Shown: positions 35,374 through 45,743, numbered from the stretch's first letter. The stretch is DNA of 51,412 nt from a virus (IMGVR_UViG_3300023073_000001:1-51412); one strand, 5' to 3'. Program-made: numbers and translations. The notes: generated by a model from the sequence alone, not told the origin.

Positions 35374-35880
35374 ATGGATCCAATCTCTACTGGATTAAAT
35401 CTCGTCGGCTTCGGTCTTCAACTCTTTGGTATGAGTGAAGGACAGGAAGCGGCTGAAAAGGCTGCTGGTATCAAGAAGGGTATTGCTGCTGACGAAATAC
35501 GTATCAACGAGCAGAAGAAACAACAAATGCTTCTAGAGAGTTCTAGAAAGCAGATGGAAATCTTTAGGAACATGCAACGTCAACGCTCGATGGCTACAGC
35601 TGCTGCTGTCAACCAAGGAGCTTCATCTGGTTCTGGTCTGCAAGGCGGACTGGCTGGCGTGACTAATCAAAGCCTGTTCAATAGCCTAGGCATCAGCCAG
35701 AACGTCGAGCTCGGTCAGAATATCTTCGGTATCAATGACGAGATCTCTCAAAAGAAGATGCAGCTCGCTGATGTCGAGACTGATCAAGCAGAGGCCGCTG
35801 GTTGGGCTTCACTAGGTGGTTCGTTAATGAAGGCTGGTCCTACATTCGAGTCTATCGGAAAGAGCATCTTTAAGTACTGA
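35374..35880 (+). CDS. Internal virion protein (gp14-like)
   Basis: MDP start, hydrophobic N-terminus, Gln/Ala/Gly-rich, first gene after the nozzle. Confidence 0.65.
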   Translation: MDPISTGLNLVGFGLQLFGMSEGQEAAEKAAGIKKGIAADEIRINEQKKQQMLLESSRKQMEIFRNMQRQRSMATAAAVNQGASSGSGLQGGLAGVTNQSLFNSLGISQNVELGQNIFGINDEISQKKMQLADVETDQAEAAGWASLGGSLMKAGPTFESIGKSIFKY

Positions 35881-35881
35881 T

Positions 35882-38800
35882 ATGGAACCAATTACACTAG
35901 CTCCCGAGACTACCCCCCTTCCGACTACAGGGCTTGCTCCCATAACTAATGCTCCCTCTGATCCTCTTCCCCCTGCGCAAGCAGGCAAGCGGGCGGAAAA
36001 GGCTGAGATGGGACTCAGCACCGTCACTGGTGATCCCTATAAGGAAATGTACGCTAAGATCGCTTCCGGTCAGGAGGATGATCTGCGTCGTAATGCTGCA
36101 AGCAAGATTGACTTCGAACGCAGCATGGCTAGAGACCAAGCGCTGACAGACTGGGCTGCCAAGAAAGGTGCGCCTCTTACTATCGACGAAGCCATCCGTG
36201 TCATCGACCCCTTTACTCGTAATGGCACCACAGACCCCAGGGATGTCATCGAGAGAGCATACTCTGAGAAGTATGTCTCTTCAGCTAATACTGCTGCGTC
36301 TTATATGAAGGGTAACAACGTTCTTGAACAAGGTATCCTAGAACTCCCAGAGACTACTGCTAAGGTTCAGGAGAAAGCCAGTGAAGTCAATACTCGCTTC
36401 GAGTTACTCCGCTCTCTTAAGGAGAATGCTGAGAACGACCTATCCAATCAAGGAACTCTTCCTTGGATAGCTGACCAAGCCAAGATGATGATCCAGCCGT
36501 ATAATGAATACATGATGCGGGGTCTCAATCCTGAGGTTGGTAAAATCTCCGGTGGTGTCCTTCTTGGTGAGAACATCAAAGAACAAGCTGACAGGCTGTG
36601 GGATCTTCCGTATTCTAAGATGAAGGAAGGGTTGTTCAATATCAAAGAACAGCTCAAGAGCAATCCCAGTTTGTGGAATCAGTTCCTCGATTACATGACT
36701 GCTCCTAATACGAGACAGCGTGTCCTCGATAACATCTTCACGGCTATCATGCCGGCAGACTACGCCGCTTTAGCTAAGACTCCTTCGCTTCTCCGTAAGG
36801 TTGAGCTTAATAACAGAGTCAACAAAGCCTTTAAGGATGTCGTAGCTTCCAGTGCTAACGTCGGCAAGGAACTTCCTGCTAAGGCTGTGGCTGAAGAAGC
36901 TTCAGGTAATGTCGCTCAAGCTGGTATCACCAGAGCTACTGAGAACATCACTAAGACGCTCGACGGCACTCTCAATCCTGTTCAAGACATTAAAGAAAAG
37001 ATGACGTCTAACTTCAAGTTAGATGGTGACGTCTTTGATACTAACGCCGGCAGTGGTTATCTCTCCCGAGAGACCCTGACCCGTATGAAGGATGCTTTCT
37101 ACAGCCGTGGCAACAACCTCTACGAAACTATTACTAATGCTCTTCGCGTCAATCGTACTCCGATACCGCTGGCTACGGAGGACGCACTTAAGGCGTACCA
37201 AGTCGCAGCCAGGAATGACTTCCCAGGGCTAGACAATTCAATACTAGATATCTCTTCTCCTATACTAGAACCTGCTACCAATACTCACCATGTTGCATTT
37301 ACATTTGGCAACCGAGATGGTCGGTTATTTAGTTCAGTTGAGAAAGCTAAAGCGTACGCGATGGATAACGGCTTTGCCGAACCTCGCGTCGTTAAGGCAG
37401 AAGGTACAGTAGAAGTCGAAGCCGCTAGGTTCCAAGGCAAGGCTGATGACATCAGGACGAAGGAAAGACTAGAGAAGTCTATCCCTAAGACTGAGCAGTT
37501 AGTCGCCCGTGAACGCGCTAAGGCATACAATAAGACACTGGCTAAGGAAGTCAGAGACGCTGCACGTGAGCAGTTCAAGCTTGCTAAAGAATTCCTTAAG
37601 GAAGAAAAGGCTAAGCTGGCAGACGTCAACACCCGTGTAACTCTTGGCGAACCTGTCATCGAACAGAACGGTGTGGGCTTCAGCTTCAAGGTTGTCCGTC
37701 CCTATAAGGAGACAGACGACGTCGTTCGGAAGTGGCTAATCAATAAAGATGAAGGTGGAAAGTTCTATGGCGAAGGCGCTTCGACTGCATCACAGACAGG
37801 CTTCCCAAGCTGGAAGAATTCAATACTTGGATGGATACGCGGTGCCGACGATACCCTTGCATTTAATGAAAGCCTGCAGAGAAAGACTGCTGTCTACACT
37901 CAAAGCCTCCTCAGAGAGTGGGCCAAGGATGACGCACAGTTAATCGAGAACCTCGCTAATAAGTTTAAGTGGTATAAGCCACAGAGTTGGCTCGGAAAGG
38001 TCTTCACTAATAAGGAAGTCTTCGAGCAATGGAATGACACACTGAAGTTCGCTAAGACCAGGCCTGATCCTGCGACTGGTGAGCTTGGATCATTCTTTAA
38101 AACACCAGGTGATCTCGAAGATCACTATCAACGGTGGTATCAACGTTCACCTTCTGTTCCTGAAGTCGAGGCATACTTTGCCCACGTCAGGTTGATAGAA
38201 GCTGATCGTGTCCTGTCTGAGATCGCTGAGTTCCGTAACCGCAGTAGGTTAGGCACTGAGCAGCATCAGATATACGTACAGCAAGGGAATACCAGAGTAG
38301 CTTCAGGCTTCTTTGATGGAATACACCAGCAAGAGTTCCCCAGAGGTGATGACAATGTCATCGTGATGGGTGGACGACTGGGTGAAGAAAAGATCCATAA
38401 CCTTCAGCATATTCCAACGAAGGAACGTCAGAAGCTCGAGCAGGCTGTTCGAGAAGGGCGTCAAAGAGTTATTCGAATCTACGATCCCGATAGCAATCCT
38501 TTGAAGAGTATGTCAGACATCGCAGGGAGTAAAAGAATCCGCTATGTCATTACCAATACTTCGGAGAGTAAGCCGTTGGACTTCAACCACGTCAACAGAC
38601 GGGGTGGTGGTCACTTCGACGTCGACGCAGACTTCTTCATTAAACAAGCAAATATGGTTGATGAGTCTACCGGCTTGTATCCTGATCTTGCTAGCAAGTT
38701 TCGCCGTATTTACCGCGGCGATACTACACTGATGCCTATTGCCAATCGAAAGATGGGCACAGACATCATAGCTAGGATGAACAGAGTTAACAAGTACATG

Positions 38801-41173
38801 GCCGCTGGCCAAGAGGATCTTGCTCAAAAAGAAGCAGGACCGTTAGGCATTGACTGGGATGAAATGTCTTCCTGGTATAAGCCTTCCCGTGATAAGAACG
38901 GAAAGGTAGTAGAACCACGGATTAATCCTAATGAACCCTTCTACGTTGTCTCGCGCAACAAAAAGATATTTGATATCGACAAGAGCCTTGAAGAGAGACA
39001 TGGAGGACTCTTCAAAGACGGAACGAAATCGGGAAGCGATGCCCTTCAGTTTAAGGTGGCTTATAATGAAGTTCGTGACTCCGGTAACCTCAAGACTATC
39101 CGAGACGAAGGGACACAAGGCAATCCGTTATATAAGTACGTTCCTGCTGATTATGTCGATCCTATTCCTACTATGAACCGTGCTCTCAACAGAGCAATCA
39201 ATTCTACCTTCATGGATGACTATAAGATCTATGCAGTCGAACACTGGCTGACTGAAGCTATCCCCCACCTCAAGGCGAGTGAGAGTGAGGTAAGGAGTTC
39301 TCCTTTCTACCACTTCAACACAGCTTCGGATAAAGGCGCATTCAAACCTGATACTCCAGAGGCAGTTCGATGGAACCTTCTGTCTAACCGCTATAAGATC
39401 AATCAGTTCGTTGGTACTCCTTCCGCTATGGATACAGCTACCCATGGATTGACACAGCTGCTCGCTGATAAGTTCTATGAGAAGTTTGGTCCTGAAGCTA
39501 CCCGAGGGCTGGCTGCTAAGACGGTTACTCTCGTCCCGCTGTGGATGCTAGACAAGGTTAAGGAGCCTGTGTCTGCTATCCGTAGTTTCGCTTTCAATGC
39601 CAAGCTCGGTGTCTTCGCTCTGCCACAGTTTATTGTGCAGGCTCAGACTTATACGACTATCTTCGCACTTAATCCCAAGCAAGCTATGGCTGGGACTTAT
39701 GCTTACATGCTGCACAGCTGGGGTCGTATCAACGGTCACCCCGAAGTCATCGCAGCTATGGATCGTTACGCCAGTAAGATGAAACTCTTCGGCAGTAACT
39801 GGAAGCCTGGTGAATGGGCTGAAGCTCGTCGTGAGCTAGCTAGAACTGGGTTCGAGAATGTCGGAGGCGAACATGCTATCGCTGACGACGCAATGCAATA
39901 TAAAACAATTAAGAACGAGTGGAATAATTTCCTCTCCGCAGGACAAGTATTCTTTAGAGAGGGTGAGAAAGCTTCGCGTATTGGAGCCTACTATACCGCC
40001 TTCAAAGAGTTCAGGGATGCTAATCCAGTAAAGGTAATTACTGATGCAGACCGACAAAGAATACTCCAAAAAGCTGACCTCCTTACTGTCAATATGTCTC
40101 GCGCTAGTAGTAGTGCTCTTCACGGCGGCGTTCTATCTCTTACTACTCAGTTTCTATCTTACCAGCTTCGAATGGCCGAGCTATTCTTCGGTAAGCGAAT
40201 TGGTGAAACGACTACTGAGCGAACCCTAGCTAGGGCTAGGTTGATGACGATGTATGCTGCTATGTACGGCGCACCGTCTGCTTTGGGCATCACTGGCTAT
40301 CCCTTCGGTGACTCTATTAGAGAACATGCTATTACGAATGGCTACCAAGTAGGTGACAAATACCTGTCATCACTGCTTATGGAAGGCATCCCCGCGATGT
40401 CACTAGCGATGATAACAGGCAAGGGAGACTTCCAGAAGGGGAACTTCTACAACATAGGTGACCGCTATGGTTCGCAAGGATTTACGCAAATTAGAGAGTC
40501 CCTCCGTACTGACAAGACTATGTGGTCTATCTTTGGTGGTGCTGGTGCTAGCTCTATTATTAATACTATCGCTAACCTTGATCCCTTTTGGAAAGCTGCT
40601 AAGCATCTTATGAGTGATGACGAAGAAGGCAATACCTTCAAGCTGAAGGTCAATGACTTCGTCAATCTATTCAATGAAGTGTCTACGGTGGATGCTACCA
40701 CACGTTGGTATCGAGCTTTGAATACAGGACGGTGGATTACTAAGAATGGCCAGTACGTCGATGACGTCTCGGCTAGCAATGCCACCTTTATGGCCATGAT
40801 CACCGGTACTAAGCCACAAGCACAAGACGATATCTTCGCAGTCCGGAATATCAGTAAGGCTGAGAAGGCTATCTGGGATAGAGCCCAGAAGGCTATTACT
40901 CAAGACTACCAACGTGGTATCGAAGCAGCTGACAACAACGATCCAGACTCAGCTAATGATTACTTCAACCGTGTCCGTGCTCGTATGATCATCGACAACG
41001 TCCCACTGGATAAGCGAGCAGAAATCCTGGCTAAAGCCAGTGCTGGCTATGAAAAAGCAATTGATACTTCCCAGCGTTACTGGGCTACTAAGGGTGCACC
41101 TGCTGGTCAGGAAGCTGATCGTCTCGATAGCTACACTAGGTATCTTCAACTTCAAGATAAGAGAATGCAATAA
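35882..41173 (+). CDS. Large internal virion (ejection) protein
   Basis: 1763 aa, helical, in the ejectosome position; no catalytic motif recognised. Confidence 0.7.
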   Translation: MEPITLAPETTPLPTTGLAPITNAPSDPLPPAQAGKRAEKAEMGLSTVTGDPYKEMYAKIASGQEDDLRRNAASKIDFERSMARDQALTDWAAKKGAPLTIDEAIRVIDPFTRNGTTDPRDVIERAYSEKYVSSANTAASYMKGNNVLEQGILELPETTAKVQEKASEVNTRFELLRSLKENAENDLSNQGTLPWIADQAKMMIQPYNEYMMRGLNPEVGKISGGVLLGENIKEQADRLWDLPYSKMKEGLFNIKEQLKSNPSLWNQFLDYMTAPNTRQRVLDNIFTAIMPADYAALAKTPSLLRKVELNNRVNKAFKDVVASSANVGKELPAKAVAEEASGNVAQAGITRATENITKTLDGTLNPVQDIKEKMTSNFKLDGDVFDTNAGSGYLSRETLTRMKDAFYSRGNNLYETITNALRVNRTPIPLATEDALKAYQVAARNDFPGLDNSILDISSPILEPATNTHHVAFTFGNRDGRLFSSVEKAKAYAMDNGFAEPRVVKAEGTVEVEAARFQGKADDIRTKERLEKSIPKTEQLVARERAKAYNKTLAKEVRDAAREQFKLAKEFLKEEKAKLADVNTRVTLGEPVIEQNGVGFSFKVVRPYKETDDVVRKWLINKDEGGKFYGEGASTASQTGFPSWKNSILGWIRGADDTLAFNESLQRKTAVYTQSLLREWAKDDAQLIENLANKFKWYKPQSWLGKVFTNKEVFEQWNDTLKFAKTRPDPATGELGSFFKTPGDLEDHYQRWYQRSPSVPEVEAYFAHVRLIEADRVLSEIAEFRNRSRLGTEQHQIYVQQGNTRVASGFFDGIHQQEFPRGDDNVIVMGGRLGEEKIHNLQHIPTKERQKLEQAVREGRQRVIRIYDPDSNPLKSMSDIAGSKRIRYVITNTSESKPLDFNHVNRRGGGHFDVDADFFIKQANMVDESTGLYPDLASKFRRIYRGDTTLMPIANRKMGTDIIARMNRVNKYMAAGQEDLAQKEAGPLGIDWDEMSSWYKPSRDKNGKVVEPRINPNEPFYVVSRNKKIFDIDKSLEERHGGLFKDGTKSGSDALQFKVAYNEVRDSGNLKTIRDEGTQGNPLYKYVPADYVDPIPTMNRALNRAINSTFMDDYKIYAVEHWLTEAIPHLKASESEVRSSPFYHFNTASDKGAFKPDTPEAVRWNLLSNRYKINQFVGTPSAMDTATHGLTQLLADKFYEKFGPEATRGLAAKTVTLVPLWMLDKVKEPVSAIRSFAFNAKLGVFALPQFIVQAQTYTTIFALNPKQAMAGTYAYMLHSWGRINGHPEVIAAMDRYASKMKLFGSNWKPGEWAEARRELARTGFENVGGEHAIADDAMQYKTIKNEWNNFLSAGQVFFREGEKASRIGAYYTAFKEFRDANPVKVITDADRQRILQKADLLTVNMSRASSSALHGGVLSLTTQFLSYQLRMAELFFGKRIGETTTERTLARARLMTMYAAMYGAPSALGITGYPFGDSIREHAITNGYQVGDKYLSSLLMEGIPAMSLAMITGKGDFQKGNFYNIGDRYGSQGFTQIRESLRTDKTMWSIFGGAGASSIINTIANLDPFWKAAKHLMSDDEEGNTFKLKVNDFVNLFNEVSTVDATTRWYRALNTGRWITKNGQYVDDVSASNATFMAMITGTKPQAQDDIFAVRNISKAEKAIWDRAQKAITQDYQRGIEAADNNDPDSANDYFNRVRARMIIDNVPLDKRAEILAKASAGYEKAIDTSQRYWATKGAPAGQEADRLDSYTRYLQLQDKRMQ

Positions 41174-43356
41174 TGGCCACTTTTGCTCCGCAAGTAGCAC
41201 CGACGAATGACCCTAACTATCTGAACTACTCCCGTCCTATTAGTGACATCTCCGGTGATAAATCACAAGGGATGCTTCTGAAGGGCATCGGAGAGGCGAT
41301 AGAAGGTGCTGCAGCTGTCGGAGATCAGATCTTCAAGAGTATCATCAACGACGAAGTCCGTACTGGTGTCGACAAACAACGTGATGCCTTTACATCCGCT
41401 CTCGTTCAAACTGCAGATGCCCAAGCTGGAGCTGGATTGATTCCAACCCCACAGGGGCAAGCAGTCGCTGGTGTTAGAGCTCCTTCACTAGCTGATGGTG
41501 AAGAGTCCCTTCCTGCTGGTGTCAAGGCTGGTGTCGCTAAGGCCCAGGCTATTGGTACTGCTATGACGCAGAATAGTGGTAAAGCTAATGATACTCTCTA
41601 CACCGGTGCTCTCACCGCTCTGACTAAAGAGCTGCGTAGTAAGTATCCAGGTTATAGAGATTACATCGACAACAAGATCTCTGAGGTCTCAGGTATCAAT
41701 CCTGCTAACGCTTATATGCGTAACCTCCTAGAGGATATCAATCGTAACGCTACGAGTGGTAAGGCAGAGACTGAGAAAGCTATCGCGCTCGGTCGCCAAT
41801 ACCTCGGCTATGATCCTAACATGCCTGCGTACATCGAGGCAGTCCGTCAGGGCTTGCCTGGGAGTATCCAGAACCTCGAGTCCCGTATCAACCGAGTGGC
41901 AAGTGATAAGCCTAAGTTCGATGAACTCGAACGTCAACGTAAGCTACGTGACTGGCGTAAGGAAGACGATACTACTGATCAGTCTGTCCAGTTCGGTAAA
42001 GAAATCCGTAGTAAGGCAACTCTTGCTTGGCAAGGTGTTGTAGAAATTCCTGGTCTTAACAACCCCACTACTATTCAGAAGCTCTTAGATGATCAACGTG
42101 CAGGTCGTATAAACCTCACTGATGAGCAGAATGGTGCTCTTCTACAAGCAGCGACTCTAGCGAAGGATACCTGGCAACGACAGTCTGTAGAGATCATGCG
42201 TAACCGTGGCTATACTCAGAGCATTCCTAAGAAGGAACAGCGGGATCAAATCCTTGCTGACGAGGGACGTTTCTTTGATGATCAGATCGATGCTATTAAG
42301 AATAAAGAATATGGAACAATGTTCGGTAATCAACGTCGAGTAGCTTCCATACAGAATGATACCTCAGTCTCTCTTCTCACTGATAAGAACATGGGAACAT
42401 ATACCAGACTGATGGATGGTGCCCGACGTCACGGTGGAGATGCTTGGGTTAACTTCATGCAGGCTGAGGCGCTAAAGGCTGGTGTCACCGGCAACCTCAA
42501 AGATTTCGCACAGGATGTCAAACTCAAGATTGGTACTCCCGTCGATCCACGTTTCCCTCAGGATACTCGTTCAATCTACGAAGACGTCAAGAAGGCTCAG
42601 GACGCTAATATCCCTCCTCAGAGTAAGATCTACGACGACCTCATCGGTAACGTCAAACTGTTAACTCTTCCTAGTGCTCCCAAGGGAGTTGATGAGAAAC
42701 AGTTCTTTAACGTCAAGAAGAATATCATCGACTATATGTATGATCCTGCCAAGAATGGTAAACTAATGGATCGCTTCAGTCGAGACTTCGTTGATGCCGA
42801 TGGTGTACGCCATCCCGGTAAGTTCGCAGTCTATGACGTTCTGACTAATCGCGGTAACGTCGACAAGATCTGGGAGATGAAGGACAGAGATAGTTGGCAG
42901 AAGTACAGAGACTTCAATGAACTCTCCTTCCGCAAGCTATTCTCAGAAGAACTAGGTGTTCTTAACCAGACAGCTAATGCTCCTGTCAAGGTAATCTGGA
43001 ATTCGGATACTAAACAATTCACAGTCGAGCGTGAGAAGCCTACAGGGATGTCTTCTTCTGAAGCTGCCCTTCTGGCTAGGAATCCTGCAAGTGATAAAGC
43101 CTTCAAGCAGATGCAAGAAGGTGTGATGCGGTTGAATAGAGGTCTATCCAATCTGTCTTACATGCATGACAAAGAAGGCATGGATACTAATGCCTACCTG
43201 ATGGATACGATGATGCAGATGGGATACTCACCCAATGATCGTCTCCGTGGTAACAACCTTCCGCAGAAGGTAATCGAAGCCATAGCTAACAGCAAGAAGA
43301 AGGAACTCCAGAACGATCTCGAGGCAGCCTTTGAAGCAACTAAGGGCAAGAAGTAA
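41173..43356 (+). CDS. Internal virion protein
   Basis: 727 aa, coupled to the preceding gene. Confidence 0.65.
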   Translation: MATFAPQVAPTNDPNYLNYSRPISDISGDKSQGMLLKGIGEAIEGAAAVGDQIFKSIINDEVRTGVDKQRDAFTSALVQTADAQAGAGLIPTPQGQAVAGVRAPSLADGEESLPAGVKAGVAKAQAIGTAMTQNSGKANDTLYTGALTALTKELRSKYPGYRDYIDNKISEVSGINPANAYMRNLLEDINRNATSGKAETEKAIALGRQYLGYDPNMPAYIEAVRQGLPGSIQNLESRINRVASDKPKFDELERQRKLRDWRKEDDTTDQSVQFGKEIRSKATLAWQGVVEIPGLNNPTTIQKLLDDQRAGRINLTDEQNGALLQAATLAKDTWQRQSVEIMRNRGYTQSIPKKEQRDQILADEGRFFDDQIDAIKNKEYGTMFGNQRRVASIQNDTSVSLLTDKNMGTYTRLMDGARRHGGDAWVNFMQAEALKAGVTGNLKDFAQDVKLKIGTPVDPRFPQDTRSIYEDVKKAQDANIPPQSKIYDDLIGNVKLLTLPSAPKGVDEKQFFNVKKNIIDYMYDPAKNGKLMDRFSRDFVDADGVRHPGKFAVYDVLTNRGNVDKIWEMKDRDSWQKYRDFNELSFRKLFSEELGVLNQTANAPVKVIWNSDTKQFTVEREKPTGMSSSEAALLARNPASDKAFKQMQEGVMRLNRGLSNLSYMHDKEGMDTNAYLMDTMMQMGYSPNDRLRGNNLPQKVIEAIANSKKKELQNDLEAAFEATKGKK

Positions 43357-44729
43357 TGCCTATCGGCACCTCTGACGGCGAATTCTTTGAAGACAGGTGG
43401 GACTACACAGTCCGGGCAGCCTTTCCGGTTGGTCTGACTCGTGTGCCTATTACCAAGGATGATCCTATGGTAGTCCCGCCTCCTGAGGATGGTGACTACG
43501 GAATGGTCGTCGATCCTTTCGTCATGCAGCAGAATAAGAAGCTCGATGATGTCGAAGTCGATCCTGAGGTTGGACTAGGACTAGAGATCAGTGCTGAAGG
43601 GCCTCCACAAGCCCCTACAAAGCCCACTGGTGCGTTAAAACAAGACGAAGGTGGGAAAGGCTTCTTCGACCGTCTAAGCATAGTCAATCCTATCTCAGCG
43701 ATGCTGAAAGGGCCTAACTTTGAAGAAGACATCGCTATCGCTAAAGGACTGTGGGGCAGTGTAAAATCTGCCTTTACTCTACCAGGCCAAGTAGCTCGAG
43801 GAGAAGTCGATCCTTCCAGCGTAGAGGCTGTCAGACGTAGTATAGACTTGGCTGGCATTGCCGTCCTAGGTCCTGCCCCTGTCGCCTCTAAACTAGCCGA
43901 CGGAACACTCGGTTCTTTCATCGGAGTTAAGGCTAAGACTTTCGACAAAGAAAGACTCGCAGAAGCTCAGAGGATGGCTAATAAAAATGCCACTGGAGAT
44001 GAGATCTGGGAGAAGACACAGACATTCAAGGGAGCCGACGGACGATGGCGTCAAGAAGTGCCAGACAATACCGCTATAGTCAAAGGAGCTGCAGAACAAG
44101 GGAAGCTTAAACCTCTATCTGAAGTATACGACCATCCTGAACTATACAAAGCTTACCCAGATTTAAAGGATCTTCCTGTCGCTGCTTTCGAAGACCTCGG
44201 CCCTAATCAATTCGGAAGAGCTGCATACGATCCTAGTAACGATGTCGCCTACGTAGGTAAGAATGCTACCGTCGATGACTTTGTCCATGAGATTCAACAC
44301 GCTATTCAAGTACGAGAGGGATTCGCTAAGGGAGGGACTGTCGCTGCTGAGTTCGCTCTCCGATTCGAAGAAGAAGTCCGAAAGGCTGCCATACAATCTT
44401 TAGACCTTGTGAAGAAGTTTAAAGAACGTGGTCTAAGTGAAGCAGAGATGGCGATTCTGAAAAAGAATGAAAGACTCCTACAGGTGGATCTTCTCCGCAA
44501 GCAACTGGCAGCTGCCGAAGCTGAAAGCCATTACATGAGACTGGCTGGTGAGGTCGAAGCTAGGAATGTAGAGACTCGTGGAGGACTGACTAACAAACAA
44601 CTCCGTGAGTATGCTCCATATTGGACTCAAGATACTCCATCTCAAAGGCAAATAGTCAGTGATAAAAGCATATATGCTACACCGTACGGGGTAACAGACA
44701 ACCCAATGATTGCTCCAGACTACCCCTAA
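43356..44729 (+). CDS. Polyvalent-type protein with LPD23-like domain and zincin metallopeptidase
   Basis: IWEKTQTFKGADGRWRQEVPD; HPELYKAYPDL; HEIQHAIQVREGFAKGG (HExxH); YMRLAGEVEARNV. Confidence 0.75.
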   Translation: MPIGTSDGEFFEDRWDYTVRAAFPVGLTRVPITKDDPMVVPPPEDGDYGMVVDPFVMQQNKKLDDVEVDPEVGLGLEISAEGPPQAPTKPTGALKQDEGGKGFFDRLSIVNPISAMLKGPNFEEDIAIAKGLWGSVKSAFTLPGQVARGEVDPSSVEAVRRSIDLAGIAVLGPAPVASKLADGTLGSFIGVKAKTFDKERLAEAQRMANKNATGDEIWEKTQTFKGADGRWRQEVPDNTAIVKGAAEQGKLKPLSEVYDHPELYKAYPDLKDLPVAAFEDLGPNQFGRAAYDPSNDVAYVGKNATVDDFVHEIQHAIQVREGFAKGGTVAAEFALRFEEEVRKAAIQSLDLVKKFKERGLSEAEMAILKKNERLLQVDLLRKQLAAAEAESHYMRLAGEVEARNVETRGGLTNKQLREYAPYWTQDTPSQRQIVSDKSIYATPYGVTDNPMIAPDYP

Positions 44730-44766
44730 AACCTGTCATCAATCGACTAATTCTTATTTAGACACT

Positions 44767-44807
44767 AAAAAACCCCCAAGCCCGTAAGGACCTGGGGGTT
44801 TCTCTTT
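44767..44807. terminator. Bidirectional terminator between the convergent arms
   Basis: A6 run, stem AAACCCCCA/TGGGGGTTT, then TTTCTCTTT. Confidence 0.8.
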
Positions 44808-44880
44808 GTGTCGTGGAGTTGGGTTTTGTAGGAACTTAATCCTACTTAGGTCAGGCTCCACACTGCCTATTAGTATTAAC

Positions 44881-44968
44881 AAAAGGACGGAGGACTTACT
44901 CCGTCAAGTCTTCCGCAGCTTACTGGGCTGCAGCATCCCGAGGCGGGAGGGGGTAGTGGACCTCGGGA
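44881..44968 (-). ncRNA. Candidate three-hairpin small RNA ending in a terminator
   Basis: Stem TCCCGAGG/CCTCGGGA with C-rich loop; GCAGC/GCTGC; GACGGAG/CTCCGTC plus T run. Confidence 0.45.
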
Positions 44969-44974
44969 ACCTCT

Positions 44975-45127
44975 TTAGGCTGTAGCGGGCTTTGACTCTT
45001 CCGGGATGTCGAACGCCGGGATCTCACGACGGACCTCGTTTCCGTTTTCGTCGATGTCGACGGCGTAGTGCTTGACGTCGGAGATGACAGCCACGCTATC
45101 AGTCTGTTCCACAATTTGATCATTCAT
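44975..45127 (-). CDS. 50-aa acidic hypothetical protein
   Basis: MNDQIVEQTDSVAVISDVKHYAVDIDENGNEVRREIPAFDIPEESKPATA; codon usage matches the phage. Confidence 0.55.
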   Translation of the reverse strand: MNDQIVEQTDSVAVISDVKHYAVDIDENGNEVRREIPAFDIPEESKPATA

Positions 45128-45142
45128 TATATTTCTTTCTAA

Positions 45143-45346
45143 TTAATCGATTACTGGGGTTTTGAGTTTCTTCTCGGAGACGTACTTTACGACGTCTTCC
45201 CAGTCAGTGTAGATATACTTCTCGGACTTATATGTCCAATCGAAGTCTCCGTCCTTGCCATCCCGCATAACACGGTAGGAATATTCTACAAGGAACCCGT
45301 TCTGGACGGGAGAGATCTCGATACGTTCATTACGATCCATTATCAT
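45143..45346 (-). CDS. Hypothetical protein
   Basis: 67 aa, ATGA overlap with the HNH gene. Confidence 0.65.
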   Translation of the reverse strand: MIMDRNERIEISPVQNGFLVEYSYRVMRDGKDGDFDWTYKSEKYIYTDWEDVVKYVSEKKLKTPVID

Positions 45347-45618
45347 TTTCCGTATTTATCACGGGCTTTGCCACGTGCTTTTGTAGGAGGTTGACGCTTA
45401 CGATTTGCTGAACGAGACTTAACAACAGTCCGGACATTATCCAGACTTCCGGTGCGATGGTACCCGACGTGGTCGAGTTCCTTGCCGTCGCCTTTCTTTG
45501 CTCTGCCTTCTCTGATTGCTTTACGTCTGGCTTTGTTACGAGCCGCTCGTCGCTTCTTCTGTTCAGGCCTAGCAGCATACTCGGCCTCCTGTTTGTAGTC
45601 TCTGTCTGTTCTTACCAA
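45343..45618 (-). CDS. Small HNH endonuclease-like protein
   Basis: KRRAARNKARR...KGDGKELDH...DNVRTVV...ANR. Confidence 0.75.
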   Translation of the reverse strand: MVRTDRDYKQEAEYAARPEQKKRRAARNKARRKAIREGRAKKGDGKELDHVGYHRTGSLDNVRTVVKSRSANRKRQPPTKARGKARDKYGK

Positions 45619-45743
45619 TGTGTGTTTAGTCTTTTCTGGTCCTAGACTGTACCTCCTTGTTTGTGTAAAGTTTTAGGTTCAACGCTGTTTCGTCGATGCC
45701 CTTAGAGGCGTCGATGTCAACTGCTACTATCCGTTCTCCGCTG

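Noticed and set aside
35882-41173. Virion RNA polymerase
   Set aside because: No recognisable single-subunit or DxDGD polymerase motifs; size and position fit an ejection protein.
44920-45123. 67-aa Ser/Thr-rich ORF
   Set aside because: The alternative frame 44975-45127 has better codon usage and does not run into the hairpin RNA.
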